Shown here: in pieces, positions 1-8,882 of the stretch
How positions within the stretch are numbered: the first letter of the stretch is position 1
Layout of the letters: every line of letters begins with the position of its first letter
Assembly (NCBI GenBank): GCA_036505175.1
Contig: DASXTV010000049.1
Coordinates: 33,110-97,109 of the forward strand
Length of the DNA: 64,000 nucleotides
Direction of reading: 5' to 3'
Origin: Gemmatimonadales bacterium
GTDB taxonomy: Bacteria > Gemmatimonadota > Gemmatimonadetes > Gemmatimonadales > GWC2-71-9
Program-made: the position numbers and the translations under genes
The notes under the pieces: model-generated
The model's database searches: none
The model's input: only the letters and a program-made list of their open reading frames with translations
What the model was told of the DNA's origin: nothing

Positions 1-965
1 CGGACGCTCTGCGCGCTCTCGGGCACGTCTTCCATGCCAGGGCGCGTGAGCAGAATCGGGTTATCGAGGCGGGAGAGCATGTCGTGGACGACCAGCGTCG
101 GCACGATCGCCACCTTGGTCTGCGCGAGTGCGCGCGCGGTGCGCGCGACCACGCCCGAATCGAGCCCGGCCCACCCCTTTTCCTCGGTCGTCCATCCGGT
201 CAGGAAGTTGTTGTGCGCGGTGATGAACGCCGGATCTCGGGTTGCGGCCTGCACCACGCCGGCCATGTGCTCGATCGAGACGACGCCGGCGCGCGCCGCC
301 GTCAGCGCGTCGGTCTTGCCCAAGTGCGCCGCCACCGGAAGACGCAGTTTTTCGGCTTCGTCGAGCAGCGGCCGCAGCAGACTCGGCGTGATCTTGGTGT
401 AGACCTTGAGATAATCCACGCCGGCCACGGCATGCTGATCGACCGCGCGGCGTGCCTGGTCGGGTGTGGAGATGCCGGTCGCGTTGGGATACGTCGTCGG
501 CACTCCGTCGATCATGGCACCTGCGCTGAACATGCGCGGCCCGGTGATCGATCCCAAATTCACATCATTCCTGAGCGCGAGCACGGTATCACTACCACCG
601 TGCAGGTCGCGGACGGTCGTGACGCCCCAGACGATGTAGCGCCCCGCCGCCCAGCGTTCCACGTGCGCGTGGGCGTCGATCAACCCCGGGATGACCGTCT
701 TGCCGACTAGGCTGATGCGCTCGGCGCTTCTGGGAACCGGGATCTCGTTGACGTGCGCGATCGCTGCGACGTGGCCGTTGCGGATGATGATGAGCGCGTC
801 GGTCCTGGGCGCGCCGCCTGCACCGTCGATCAGCGTCGCGCCCTCGAGGGCAATCACGCGGTCACGGTGGACGCCGAGCTTGTCGGCAACCTTGCTGCAA
901 CCAGCGAGCAGAAACAGCAGCACCAACACAAGGGCCGTCCGGCCGTCGGGCCGTCCGACCGTCAC
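1..965 (-). CDS. Amidohydrolase-family metal-dependent hydrolase, lipoprotein-like N-terminus (3' end lies outside the window)
   Basis: Not in the ORF track because no stop lies inside the window. My translation of the minus strand from GTG at 965 gives VTVGRPDGRTALVLVLLFLLAGCSK... (signal plus LAGC lipobox-like). This is followed by ...ATLIDGAGGAPRTDALIIIRNGHVAAI...GKTVIPGLIDAHAHVE, the N-terminal HxH metal motif. The architecture matches the paralog at 11421-12737. The GTG overlaps the TGA of the upstream gene (GTGA). Confidence 0.75.
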   Translation of the reverse strand, partial: MTVGRPDGRTALVLVLLFLLAGCSKVADKLGVHRDRVIALEGATLIDGAGGAPRTDALIIIRNGHVAAIAHVNEIPVPRSAERISLVGKTVIPGLIDAHAHVERWAAGRYIVWGVTTVRDLHGGSDTVLALRNDVNLGSITGPRMFSAGAMIDGVPTTYPNATGISTPDQARRAVDQHAVAGVDYLKVYTKITPSLLRPLLDEAEKLRLPVAAHLGKTDALTAARAGVVSIEHMAGVVQAATRDPAFITAHNNFLTGWTTEEKGWAGLDSGVVARTARALAQTKVAIVPTLVVHDMLSRLDNPILLTRPGMEDVPESAQSV

Positions 966-1417
966 TTAGGATCGCTCGCCGTGTGATCGTGCAAGATTCT
1001 CCAGCGGTCACCCTGGCGCTGCAGTATCAACGTGAAGGGGCCACTCGCCACGACCGAGTCACGTCGCGACAGCTTGAATCGCGCTGTGGCGTAGGCGAAA
1101 TCGGGCGTCAGGACGCGCACATGTAGCTCGTCGAACGAGAGCGAGTCGCGCGCCTTGCCGGGTGCGAAGTAGTTGGCTTGATAGCGGTCGTACAGCGCCT
1201 GCCAGCCGTACTGGATGTGGCCGGCGGACATGTAGCTCGTCAGCGAATCATGCGCATAGTCGCTCATGAAGCCGGCGAGATCGCCGTGATTCCAATCGGA
1301 CGCCGAGCGCTGCAGCATGGCGGCGATTTCCTCGGACGGATTGCCGAGTGGGATTTTCGGAGCAGAGCATGCCATCACGAGCGAAACGGAAACCACACAC
1401 AACGTACCACGCACCAT
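962..1417 (-). CDS. SnoaL-like / DUF4440-like small lipoprotein
   Basis: 151-aa ORF with an N-terminal signal plus Cys (LVMACSAP). The body (DWNHGDLAGFMSDYA...ILQRQGDRWRILHDH) resembles the NTF2/SnoaL fold. AAGGAG lies 6 nt upstream of the ATG. Confidence 0.7.
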   Translation of the reverse strand: MVRGTLCVVSVSLVMACSAPKIPLGNPSEEIAAMLQRSASDWNHGDLAGFMSDYAHDSLTSYMSAGHIQYGWQALYDRYQANYFAPGKARDSLSFDELHVRVLTPDFAYATARFKLSRRDSVVASGPFTLILQRQGDRWRILHDHTASDPK

Positions 1418-1435
1418 TTTTTCTCCTTAACGTGG

Positions 1436-1468
1436 CCGCGGGAGCGTCTCGACGAGACGCTCCCGCGG
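1436..1468 (-). terminator. Perfect 16-bp-stem palindrome downstream of the lysine-rich gene (hairpin, no U-tract)
   Basis: CCGCGGGAGCGTCTCG-A-CGAGACGCTCCCGCGG read directly. It sits 19 nt after the stop at 1487 and just before the SD of the next minus-strand gene. Confidence 0.4.
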
Positions 1469-1486
1469 TGTCATAGCGAGCTCTAG

Positions 1487-1729
1487 TTAGCGGCGGCGTT
1501 TCTTCTTGGCTGTCTTTTTCTTTTTCTTCGCCGTCTTCTTCCGTGCCTTCGGCCGCGCCTTCTTCTTGGCGGCTTTCTTTTTCTTCTTGGCCTTCGGCTT
1601 GGAAGAGGGGCGCGACTCTTCCATCGGCATCGATGGGGTCGGCGCAGGCGTGGGCGCCGACGGGAACATCGGCTCCATGAACCCCGGGCCAGGCCAACTG
1701 CTTTCCGTTACATCCGTCTGCTCAAGCAT
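1487..1729 (-). CDS. Small protein with histone-H1-like Lys/Ala-rich C-terminal tail (putative nucleic-acid binding)
   Basis: 80 aa. The N-terminal half is Pro/Met/Glu-rich. The C-terminal 38 aa read KPKAKKKKKAAKKKARPKARKKTAKKKKKTAKKKRRR. AGGAG lies about 8 nt upstream of the ATG and a strong hairpin follows the gene. The plus-strand mirror ORF (poly-Phe) is implausible. Confidence 0.6.
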   Translation of the reverse strand: MLEQTDVTESSWPGPGFMEPMFPSAPTPAPTPSMPMEESRPSSKPKAKKKKKAAKKKARPKARKKTAKKKKKTAKKKRRR

Positions 1730-1903
1730 CGGATCTTCTCCTATGCTGGTAGGTGCGGGGGCGTCGTGGGTGGCCTATAGCTTACCGCGGGATTCTGACC
1801 TCGCAAGTGACACGGACGACCGCGTTTTGGGTCTCTCCAGTTGCGGCCCATTGTGACAAGTTGGCTTGACAACGCCATTTAGCCGGACACACATTCGCCA
1901 GCC

Positions 1904-4198
1904 ATGACTAGACGCGGACTCATCGTCGCCCTCGCCTCCCTCGCTCCGGGCGCAGCGGCGGCACAGAACGTTGCCGAAGTACAGGTGGCCCCTCCTTCGG
2001 TGACCATTCGCGTCGGGGAACGTAGCGGTTTGCTCGCCACGGCCTTCGATCGCATCGGCAATGTGATCCCCACCGTGCGCATTATCTGGTCGTCGAACAA
2101 CGTGAACATCGCAAAAGTGGACAACACCGGCACCGTCACGGGTGTCGGGGACGGCGTGGCAATCATCGAGGCCCGCGTAGGCGCGCGGCGCGGCCAGGCC
2201 GCCGTGCAGGTCGTGGGCGGCGGCGGGGGGGGGGGGCGGCCGCAGCCACCACCTGCCCCTCCCGGTGGTCCGCCGCCAGCCCCGCCACCTCCGGCGGGTC
2301 CTGACCCGTTCGCCGGACAGCCGCCCGGCAGCGGCCCCGCCGCCGCTCTGCGCCTCGAGCCCGGCGTGGTGTACTTGCTGCCGTCCGAGAACTCCCGGGT
2401 TTCCCCACGCGCGCTGCGGGAGGACGGCTCAGCGGCCGCGCCGGTCGTGGTCACATGGACGTCGCTGCGCGCCGACGTGGCGAGCGTCGATCAGAGTGGG
2501 AATGTCGTGGCGCTTGCCCCTGGGCAAGGCACGATCCAGGCGACCGCCACGGGCGGGCTCACCGCGACCGCGCCGGTGGTGGTGCAGCAGGCGGAGTTCA
2601 CGGTGCGCGAAGGCTCGCCGCTGATGCTCTCGCCCAATGAGATCGATACCCTGCACGTCATCGTCGCCTCCCAGAACAACCGGACGGTGAATCCACTGGT
2701 GCTCCAGTGGGCGTCGAGTGACCAGAGCGTGGCGCGCGTCAGCCTCGCCGGCGTGGTCACCGCCGCCGGACCGGGCAAGGCAATCCTGACCGTCTCAGGC
2801 CTGCTGCAGAGCAAGAGCATCGAAGTCTCGGTGCACCAGGTCGTGTCGAAACTCTCGGTGCGGCCGCCACGGGCGCCCGACGTTCAGGTGCCCCTCACCG
2901 GCACCGCGAAATTCGACGCACAGCCGCTCACCGCGGAAAACGTCCCGGTGCCGGAGGCACCGTTGCGGTGGAGCGTCGCAGATCCTTCCATCGCGACGTT
3001 CGACGCCCAAACCGGAACCCTCACGGGCCGGGCGGTTGGCAAGACACAGCTCACGGTGCGCGGTCCGGGTGCAGGCCTCGAAGTCAGCTGGAATGTCAAT
3101 GTGATCGCGGGGTCGGTGAAATTCACGCAGCCGCGCGTCGGCATGGGCCCTAATCAGCGACACACGCTGCGCGCGAACTATGCCGACGAACAGGGGAACG
3201 TGCTGGGACCCGCCACCAACCTCACATGGAGCAGCGACAATCCGCAGACCGCGAGCGTCGGCGAGGACGGCACCGTGGCCGGCGCGGCCTATGGTCATGC
3301 GAAGGTCACCGCGACCGCCCCTGGGGGAAAGACCGCCACGGCCGATGTGTACGTCGTGGGCGAGATCATCGTCGCAAGCTCGCGCGCTGCGCCGAATACG
3401 CCGGGCAAGTTCCAGCTGTACGCGATCGAACGGTCCAACCTGGCGCAGCTCACCAAGCTCACGCCGGACACGACCTCGGCCAGCGATCCCGCGTTCTCGC
3501 CTGATGGCTCGCGCATAGCCTTTGTGTCCATGCGCGACGGCAATGCCGAGATCTACGTCATGAATGCAGACGGCAGCGGCGCCACGCGCGTCACGAACGA
3601 TCCCCAGGCGGACGGCCGCCCGGCGTTTACGCCCGATGGTCAGTCGCTGGTCTTCCACTCGGCCCGCACCGTGGGAAAGCAGCAGATCTGGACCGTGAAT
3701 CTGGATGGCACAGGGCTCACCCAGCTGACGCGCGACTCGGTGAATGCTTCACCGACCGTGTCGCCGGACGGGCAGACGATCGCGTACGTCTCGACGCGCA
3801 ACAAAGACGTCGACATCTGGCTGATGGCGCGCGACGGCACGAATCAGCGGCAGTTCACGCGCTCGCCGCAGCAGCGCGAGACCGAGCCGCGCTTCCTGCG
3901 GGACGGCACCCTCGCGTACCTGATCGAGCGGCGGGAAAACAATCGTACCGTGCAACAGGTGATGCGGGCAGATCTCGCGACGGGCGCGACGACCGCCCTC
4001 ACCGGCACCGATCTGGCGATCGCGTCATTCGCGGTGTCGCCGTCCGGAGACCTCGTGGCGTTGGTCGTGAATGCCGAGCCGCAGAACCGCCGCAATCCCA
4101 CGTATCGCGTGTACATCCAGCCGGTCAGCTCAGCGACCCCGGTGCCGGTGCCCACCACCGGCACGGAGCAGATGATTACGCCGACGTTCCGGCCGTAA
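1904..4198 (+). CDS. Secreted protein: repeated bacterial Ig-like (Big_2-type) domains, Gly/Pro linker, C-terminal TolB-like PD40 beta-propeller
   Basis: 764 aa with a signal peptide (ALASLAPGAAAAQ). Repeated segments of the form G.VTA...G.A.I.A match Big_2. The C-terminal repeats (SPDGSRIAFVS, TPDGQSLVF, SPDGQTIAYVS, LRDGTLAY) match the PD40/WD40-like propeller. Confidence 0.85.
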   Translation: MTRRGLIVALASLAPGAAAAQNVAEVQVAPPSVTIRVGERSGLLATAFDRIGNVIPTVRIIWSSNNVNIAKVDNTGTVTGVGDGVAIIEARVGARRGQAAVQVVGGGGGGGRPQPPPAPPGGPPPAPPPPAGPDPFAGQPPGSGPAAALRLEPGVVYLLPSENSRVSPRALREDGSAAAPVVVTWTSLRADVASVDQSGNVVALAPGQGTIQATATGGLTATAPVVVQQAEFTVREGSPLMLSPNEIDTLHVIVASQNNRTVNPLVLQWASSDQSVARVSLAGVVTAAGPGKAILTVSGLLQSKSIEVSVHQVVSKLSVRPPRAPDVQVPLTGTAKFDAQPLTAENVPVPEAPLRWSVADPSIATFDAQTGTLTGRAVGKTQLTVRGPGAGLEVSWNVNVIAGSVKFTQPRVGMGPNQRHTLRANYADEQGNVLGPATNLTWSSDNPQTASVGEDGTVAGAAYGHAKVTATAPGGKTATADVYVVGEIIVASSRAAPNTPGKFQLYAIERSNLAQLTKLTPDTTSASDPAFSPDGSRIAFVSMRDGNAEIYVMNADGSGATRVTNDPQADGRPAFTPDGQSLVFHSARTVGKQQIWTVNLDGTGLTQLTRDSVNASPTVSPDGQTIAYVSTRNKDVDIWLMARDGTNQRQFTRSPQQRETEPRFLRDGTLAYLIERRENNRTVQQVMRADLATGATTALTGTDLAIASFAVSPSGDLVALVVNAEPQNRRNPTYRVYIQPVSSATPVPVPTTGTEQMITPTFRP
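2225..2236 (+). repeat. G12 homopolymer inside the Ig-like/TolB CDS
   Basis: Counted directly: 12 consecutive G at 2225-2236, encoding part of the GGGGGGG run. Confidence 0.9.
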
Positions 4199-4200
4199 TC

Positions 4201-4235
4201 GGAGTCAGGAGTTCGGAGTCGGGAGTCAGGGAGCC
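4201..4235 (+). repeat. Five tandem heptamers GGAGTCN (SD-like GGAG array) filling the intergenic gap before the MDR gene
   Basis: ggagtca ggagttc ggagtcg ggagtca gggagcc read directly. The last unit ends 2 nt before the ATG at 4238. Confidence 0.85.
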
Positions 4236-4237
4236 GA

Positions 4238-5293
4238 ATGCGTGCCTATGTCCTGACCGCGACCGGCGGTCTTGATCACCTCCAGATCACTGACGTGCCC
4301 GATGCGCCGGCACCGCAGGCGGGGCAGGTGCGCGTCGCAATCAAGGCTGCCGCCCTCAATCATCTCGATCTCTTCGTTGCGGCAGGGCTGCCCGGAGGTC
4401 CCGACCGGTTTCCCCATGTGGTGGGTGCGGATGGGGCAGGTGTTGTCGACGCGGTAGGGGCCGGTGTAACGGCAGTCCACCCCGGCGAGCGCGTCATGCT
4501 CAATCCCGGCATCTCGGATTACACGTGCGAATTCTGCCGCGCGGGTGAGCATTCGTTGTGCGTCAACTACCACATGTTGGGGGAGCATGTGGCCGGCACA
4601 CTGGCCGAATTCGTGACGGTCCCCGCCCACAACGTCGCGCGCATCCCCCCGACGTCGCCGGAATTGACCTGGCCGGAGGCCGCCGCGTTCTCGCTCGTCA
4701 CCCTCACCGCCTGGCGCATGCTCGTCACGCGCGCGCAGCTCAAAGCCGGCGAGACGGTGCTGATTTGGGGCATCGGAGGAGGCGTGTCGCTTGCGGCGCT
4801 GCGGATCGCCAAACTGCTCGGCGCCCGCGCCATCGTCACATCGTCCGACGACGCCAAACTGGCGGCTGCGAAGCAGCTCGGCGCCGACATCACGCTCAAT
4901 CATCGCACTGAAAAAGTCAGCCTGGAAATACGCGCGCTCACGAACAAGCGCGGCGTCGATGTGGTGGTCGATAATGTCGGCGCGGCGACCTGGGAGGACT
5001 CGCTGCGCAGCCTGCGACGCGGCGGACGACTCGTCATTTGCGGCGCCACGTCCGGCCCGCAGATCGGACTCGATCTGCGGCGGCTGTTCTGGCATCACTG
5101 GAGCATCCTGGGATCGACGATGGGGAACGCGGCGGAGTACGCGGAGGTCGTGCGGCGACTCGGTGAGGGACAGCTCCGGCCGATCGTGGATCGCGTCTAT
5201 CCCATAGCGCAGGCTCGACAAGCATTTGAGCGGCTCGCGAAAGGTGAACAGTTAGGCAAAGTCGTGGTGGAGGTCTCGTCCGGACGCCCGTAA
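4238..5293 (+). CDS. Zinc-type alcohol dehydrogenase / quinone oxidoreductase (MDR superfamily)
   Basis: 351 aa with a GroES-like N-terminus (PHVVGADGAGVV), CEFCRAGEHSLC, a Rossmann GIGGGVS motif, and a typical MDR C-terminus ending in LGKVVV. Confidence 0.9.
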   Translation: MRAYVLTATGGLDHLQITDVPDAPAPQAGQVRVAIKAAALNHLDLFVAAGLPGGPDRFPHVVGADGAGVVDAVGAGVTAVHPGERVMLNPGISDYTCEFCRAGEHSLCVNYHMLGEHVAGTLAEFVTVPAHNVARIPPTSPELTWPEAAAFSLVTLTAWRMLVTRAQLKAGETVLIWGIGGGVSLAALRIAKLLGARAIVTSSDDAKLAAAKQLGADITLNHRTEKVSLEIRALTNKRGVDVVVDNVGAATWEDSLRSLRRGGRLVICGATSGPQIGLDLRRLFWHHWSILGSTMGNAAEYAEVVRRLGEGQLRPIVDRVYPIAQARQAFERLAKGEQLGKVVVEVSSGRP

Positions 5294-5342
5294 CCCGTTG
5301 CCCGCGGTGCGTCTGCAACCTAGTTTTTGCATGTCCGCGCAG

Positions 5343-5371
5343 TTGTCTTTAGCCATCTAAGTAGTTAATTT
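5343..5371 (+). promoter_or_regulatory. Candidate sigma70-type promoter in the AT-rich gyrA leader (TTGTCT-17 nt-TAATTT)
   Basis: This is the only strongly AT-rich intergenic stretch (5294-5404). The hexamers and spacing were read by eye, with no experimental support. Confidence 0.3.
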
Positions 5372-5404
5372 TTCTCATCTTACACCTCCTCAACATCGAT
5401 CTCA

Positions 5405-7945
5405 ATGACTGGTCCTAACGTCCGAGAGCGGATCCTCCCGCGCCTCATCGAAGACGAATTAAAGGAATCGTTCCTCGACTATTCGATGAGCGTCATCGTG
5501 CAGCGCGCGCTGCCCGATGTGCGCGACGGCCTCAAGCCGGTTCACCGCCGCATCCTTTACGCCATGCACGAGCTCGGCCTCGTGCCGGGGCGGCCCTACA
5601 AGAAGGCCGCCACCGTCGTCGGCGATGTGCTCGGCAAGTACCACCCCCACGGCGACATCGCGGTCTACGACTCGCTCGTGCGGATGGTGCAGGACTTCTC
5701 CCTGCGCTATCCGCTGATCGACGGGCAGGGGAATTTCGGCTCGGTCGACGGCGACTCCGCGGCGGCCTACCGCTACACCGAGGCGCGGCTGACGCGCGTC
5801 GCGATGACGATGCTGGAGGACATCGACAAGAACACCGTCGCCTTCGTCCCCAACTTCGACGACCGGTTGCAGGAGCCGACGGTCCTCCCGGGCCGCCTCC
5901 CCAACCTGCTCGTGAACGGATCGGCGGGCATCGCTGTCGGGATGACCACCAATATCCCGCCGCACAATCTGAGCGAGGTCGTCCAGGCGATCGTCCATCT
6001 GGTCGATCACCCGAACGCGACGATCAAGGACATCCGGAAGTTCGTCAAAGGCCCCGATTTCCCGACCGGCGCCATCATCTACGGGCGCGAGGGGATCAAG
6101 GAGTGCTACGAAAAGGGCCGCGGCCGCATCGTGATCCGGGCGCGCGCCATCGCCGAGGAGAAGGAGTCGACCGGCAAGCAGCAGATCGTGGTGACGGAGT
6201 TCCCCTACCAGGTGAGCCCCGAGCGGGTGCACGAGCAGATCCGCGATCTCGTGCTGGCCAAGAAGCTCGAAGGCATCAGCGACGTCCGGAACGAGTCCGA
6301 TAAAGAGGGCATCCGGCTCGTCATCGAGCTGAAGCGCGACGTCATCCCTATGGTCGTGCTCAATCAGCTCTACAAGCACACGCAGATGCAGCAGACCTTC
6401 GGCGCCATCATGCTGGCGCTGGTGGACGGCACGCCCCGGGAGCTCACGCTCGTCGAGCTGCTGCAGCTCTTCATCGAGCACCGCCACACCGTCATCACGC
6501 GGCGCACCGAATTCGAGCTGCAGCGGGCGCAGGACCGCGAGCACATCCTCGAAGGCTTGAAGATCGCCGTCGACAACATCGACGAAGTGATCAAGCTCAT
6601 CAAGAAATCGAAGGACACGCCGTCCGCGGATGCGGCGCTGCGCAAGCGGTTCAAGCTGTCGGAGAAGCAAGCCGCTGAAATCCTCAACATGCGGCTCGCG
6701 CGGCTCACCGCGCTCGAGATCACCAAGCTCGAGGAAGAGCTGAAGGACGTCCGCAAGTTCATCAAGGAGTGCAAAGAGATCCTCGCGTCGAAGCCGCGGC
6801 GCATGAAGATCCTGAAGGAAGAGCTGACGGAGCTGGCGGCGGGCTTCGGCGACGAACGGCGGACCGAGATCGTGGCCGATCAGGGCGAATTCTCGATCGA
6901 GGACCTGATCGCCGAAGAGGACATGGTGATCACCGTGTCTCACGCCGGCTACATCAAGCGGTTGCCGGTGTCCGCCTATCGCCGGCAGCGGCGTGGCGGG
7001 AAGGGCGTGATCGCCGCGCATCAGAAGGAAGACGACTGGGTCGAGCACCTCTTCATCGCCTCGACGCACGACTACGTGATGTTCTTCACCGAGCAGGGCC
7101 AGTGTTACTGGCTCAAGGTCCACGAGATCCCGCAGGCCGCGCGCGCCGCGCGTGGCAAGCCGATTCTCAGCTGCGTGGCAATGAAGCCCGACGAGAAGGT
7201 CGCGGCGCTCGTCCCGGTGCGCGAGTTCTCCGAGGATCAGTTCCTGCTGTTCGCGACGAAAGCCGGCGTGGTGAAGAAGACGGTGCTGTCGGAGTTCGGG
7301 AATCCCCGCTCCGTCGGCATTCGCGCCATCAATATCGAAAAGGGCGACGAGCTGATCGACGTCCAGGTGACCGACGGCAAAAACGACATCGTGCTCGCCA
7401 CGGCGCACGGGATGAGCATCCGCTTCCACGAAAAAGACGTCCGGGACATGGGGCGGACGGCCACGGGTGTGAAGGGCATCGAGCTCGACAAGAAGGACAC
7501 GGTCATCGACATGGTCGTGGTACGCCGTAAGTCCACGCTGCTCACCGTGACCGAAAAGGGCATGGGCAAGCGATCCGAGCTCGACGAGTACCGCGTGCAG
7601 CACCGCGGCGGCCGTGGCATCATCACGCTGAAGCGCAGCGATAAGACGGGCGATATCGTGGCGCTGAAAGAGGTCCTGCCGGACGACGAGCTGATGATGA
7701 TTACCAAGAAGGGGATCATGATCCGCGTTCCGGTCGAGGGCATCCGGATCTCCGGCCGCAACACGCAGGGCGTGAAGGTCATGAACCTGACGCCCGGCGA
7801 CCTCGTCGTGGATGTCGCGCGCGTCGTGAAGGAAGACGAGGACGACGACGTCGAGGAGGGCGACGACGACGAGACGCCGGCTCCCGCGCCCAAGTCCAAG
7901 GCCAAGGCCAAGCCCAAGTCCCGAGCCCCGAAGCCCAAAAAGTAG
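5405..7945 (+). CDS. gyrA: DNA gyrase subunit A
   Basis: 846 aa with canonical motifs [24 protein letters not shown] and [11 protein letters not shown] (active-site Tyr region), plus C-terminal beta-pinwheel repeats. It ends in an unusual acidic-then-basic tail. Confidence 0.98.
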   Translation: MTGPNVRERILPRLIEDELKESFLDYSMSVIVQRALPDVRDGLKPVHRRILYAMHELGLVPGRPYKKAATVVGDVLGKYHPHGDIAVYDSLVRMVQDFSLRYPLIDGQGNFGSVDGDSAAAYRYTEARLTRVAMTMLEDIDKNTVAFVPNFDDRLQEPTVLPGRLPNLLVNGSAGIAVGMTTNIPPHNLSEVVQAIVHLVDHPNATIKDIRKFVKGPDFPTGAIIYGREGIKECYEKGRGRIVIRARAIAEEKESTGKQQIVVTEFPYQVSPERVHEQIRDLVLAKKLEGISDVRNESDKEGIRLVIELKRDVIPMVVLNQLYKHTQMQQTFGAIMLALVDGTPRELTLVELLQLFIEHRHTVITRRTEFELQRAQDREHILEGLKIAVDNIDEVIKLIKKSKDTPSADAALRKRFKLSEKQAAEILNMRLARLTALEITKLEEELKDVRKFIKECKEILASKPRRMKILKEELTELAAGFGDERRTEIVADQGEFSIEDLIAEEDMVITVSHAGYIKRLPVSAYRRQRRGGKGVIAAHQKEDDWVEHLFIASTHDYVMFFTEQGQCYWLKVHEIPQAARAARGKPILSCVAMKPDEKVAALVPVREFSEDQFLLFATKAGVVKKTVLSEFGNPRSVGIRAINIEKGDELIDVQVTDGKNDIVLATAHGMSIRFHEKDVRDMGRTATGVKGIELDKKDTVIDMVVVRRKSTLLTVTEKGMGKRSELDEYRVQHRGGRGIITLKRSDKTGDIVALKEVLPDDELMMITKKGIMIRVPVEGIRISGRNTQGVKVMNLTPGDLVVDVARVVKEDEDDDVEEGDDDETPAPAPKSKAKAKPKSRAPKPKK

Positions 7946-7946
7946 C

Positions 7947-8882
7947 GTGGTCACTTCCCAGGACATCAAGGACGCCGCAGAGGGTCTGCGGGGGGTCGCG
8001 CGCCGCACTTCGCTCATCTATGTCGAAGAGCTGGGTGCCCACCTCAAGCTTGAAAACGAGCAGCCCATCGGCGCGTTCAAGATCCGCGGCGCCTACAACG
8101 CGATCCGCAAGCTTCCCGATGCCGTACGCCAGCGCGGCGTGATCACGTTCTCGTCCGGCAATCACGGCCAGGCCGTCGCGTTTGCCGCGAAGCAATTCGG
8201 CGTGCGTGCGGTGATCGTCATGCCCGAAACGACGCCCGCCGTGAAGATCGAAGGCGTGAAGCGGTGGGGTGGCGAGGTGGTGTTCGGCGGACGTACGTCC
8301 GAGGATCGGCGCATCAAGGCGGAGGAGATTGCCCGACGCGAGCAGCTCGCGATCGTGCCGCCCTTCGATCATCCAGACATCGTGGCGGGCCAGGCGACGG
8401 TCGCGCTCGAAATCGTCGCACAGCTGCCCGACGTCGAGACCGTCGTCGTGCCGGTGGGCGGCGGCGGTCTCATTTCCGGCATCGTAACGGGGCTCGCGGC
8501 CGCAGGCAGCCGAGCCGGTGTGTGGGGGGTCGAGCCCGCCGGGGCGCCCAAGCTGCACCACTCGCTCGCCGCGGGCGCGCCGGTGCGGCTGGACAGTACC
8601 GCCAGCATCGCGGACGGTCTCATCACGCTCACCGTCGGCAACATCAATTTTGCGGAGCTGGCGCGCGCTGGGGACCGCCTGCGCGGCGTCGTGCTGGTCG
8701 AGGATGACAGCATTCGCGCCGCCGTGCAGTTTCTATGGCGCACCTGCCGGCTCGCCGTCGAGCCGTCGGGAGCAGCCACGACGGCTGCCCTCCTCGCCGG
8801 CGCGGTGCCACGCTCCAGGACCACGGTCCTCGTGGTCAGCGGTGGCAATGTGGATCGCTCGCTGCTCGAGGCAACAGACTGA
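7947..8882 (+). CDS. PLP-dependent threonine/serine dehydratase (serine racemase-like fold type II)
   Basis: 311 aa. Motifs: PIGAFKIRGAYN (PLP Lys), SSGNHGQAVAFAA, GGGGLISG. The GTG start is 1 nt after the gyrA stop. Confidence 0.88.
   Translation: MVTSQDIKDAAEGLRGVARRTSLIYVEELGAHLKLENEQPIGAFKIRGAYNAIRKLPDAVRQRGVITFSSGNHGQAVAFAAKQFGVRAVIVMPETTPAVKIEGVKRWGGEVVFGGRTSEDRRIKAEEIARREQLAIVPPFDHPDIVAGQATVALEIVAQLPDVETVVVPVGGGGLISGIVTGLAAAGSRAGVWGVEPAGAPKLHHSLAAGAPVRLDSTASIADGLITLTVGNINFAELARAGDRLRGVVLVEDDSIRAAVQFLWRTCRLAVEPSGAATTAALLAGAVPRSRTTVLVVSGGNVDRSLLEATD

Noticed and set aside
1506-1856. Plus-strand ORF encoding a poly-Phe/Ala peptide (MAVFFFFFAVFF...).
   Set aside because: It is the mirror image of the Lys-rich minus-strand gene. 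It has no SD and an implausible composition. The minus-strand ORF has an SD and a downstream hairpin.
5459-8017. 852-aa minus-strand ORF antisense to gyrA. Similar long antisense or out-of-frame ORFs occur at 8369-10414, 10459-11484, 11133-12227, 12812-13933, 15408-16562, 16543-17625, 20521-21819, 22730-23791, 23798-24850, 25216-26289, 28022-29524, 29146-30630, 30765-32021, 31835-33637, 37398-38804, 38839-40017, 46914-48059, 55171-57675 and 61665-62687.
   Set aside because: These are shadow ORFs typical of high-GC DNA. Their translations are Arg/Ala/Gly/Pro-rich with no recognisable motifs. In each case the opposite strand or another frame encodes a protein with clear family signatures.
8735-8881. 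5' extensions of track ORFs. The affected ORFs are 8735 (GGDEF), 13740 (M1), 18475 (phosphoesterase), 24199 (anti-sigma-like), 24587, 29629 (GNAT), 31931 (serA), 47714 (M14), 50655 (HO-like), 50340 (PadR), 57975 (Mo subunit) and 22976 (OMP).
   Set aside because: The extensions overlap the preceding gene out of frame and encode low-complexity Arg/Pro-rich sequence. Internal starts give proper signal peptides or canonical N-termini, and most restore the 1-4 nt start/stop coupling pattern (the OMP start remains non-canonical: ATT 22727, 16-nt overlap).
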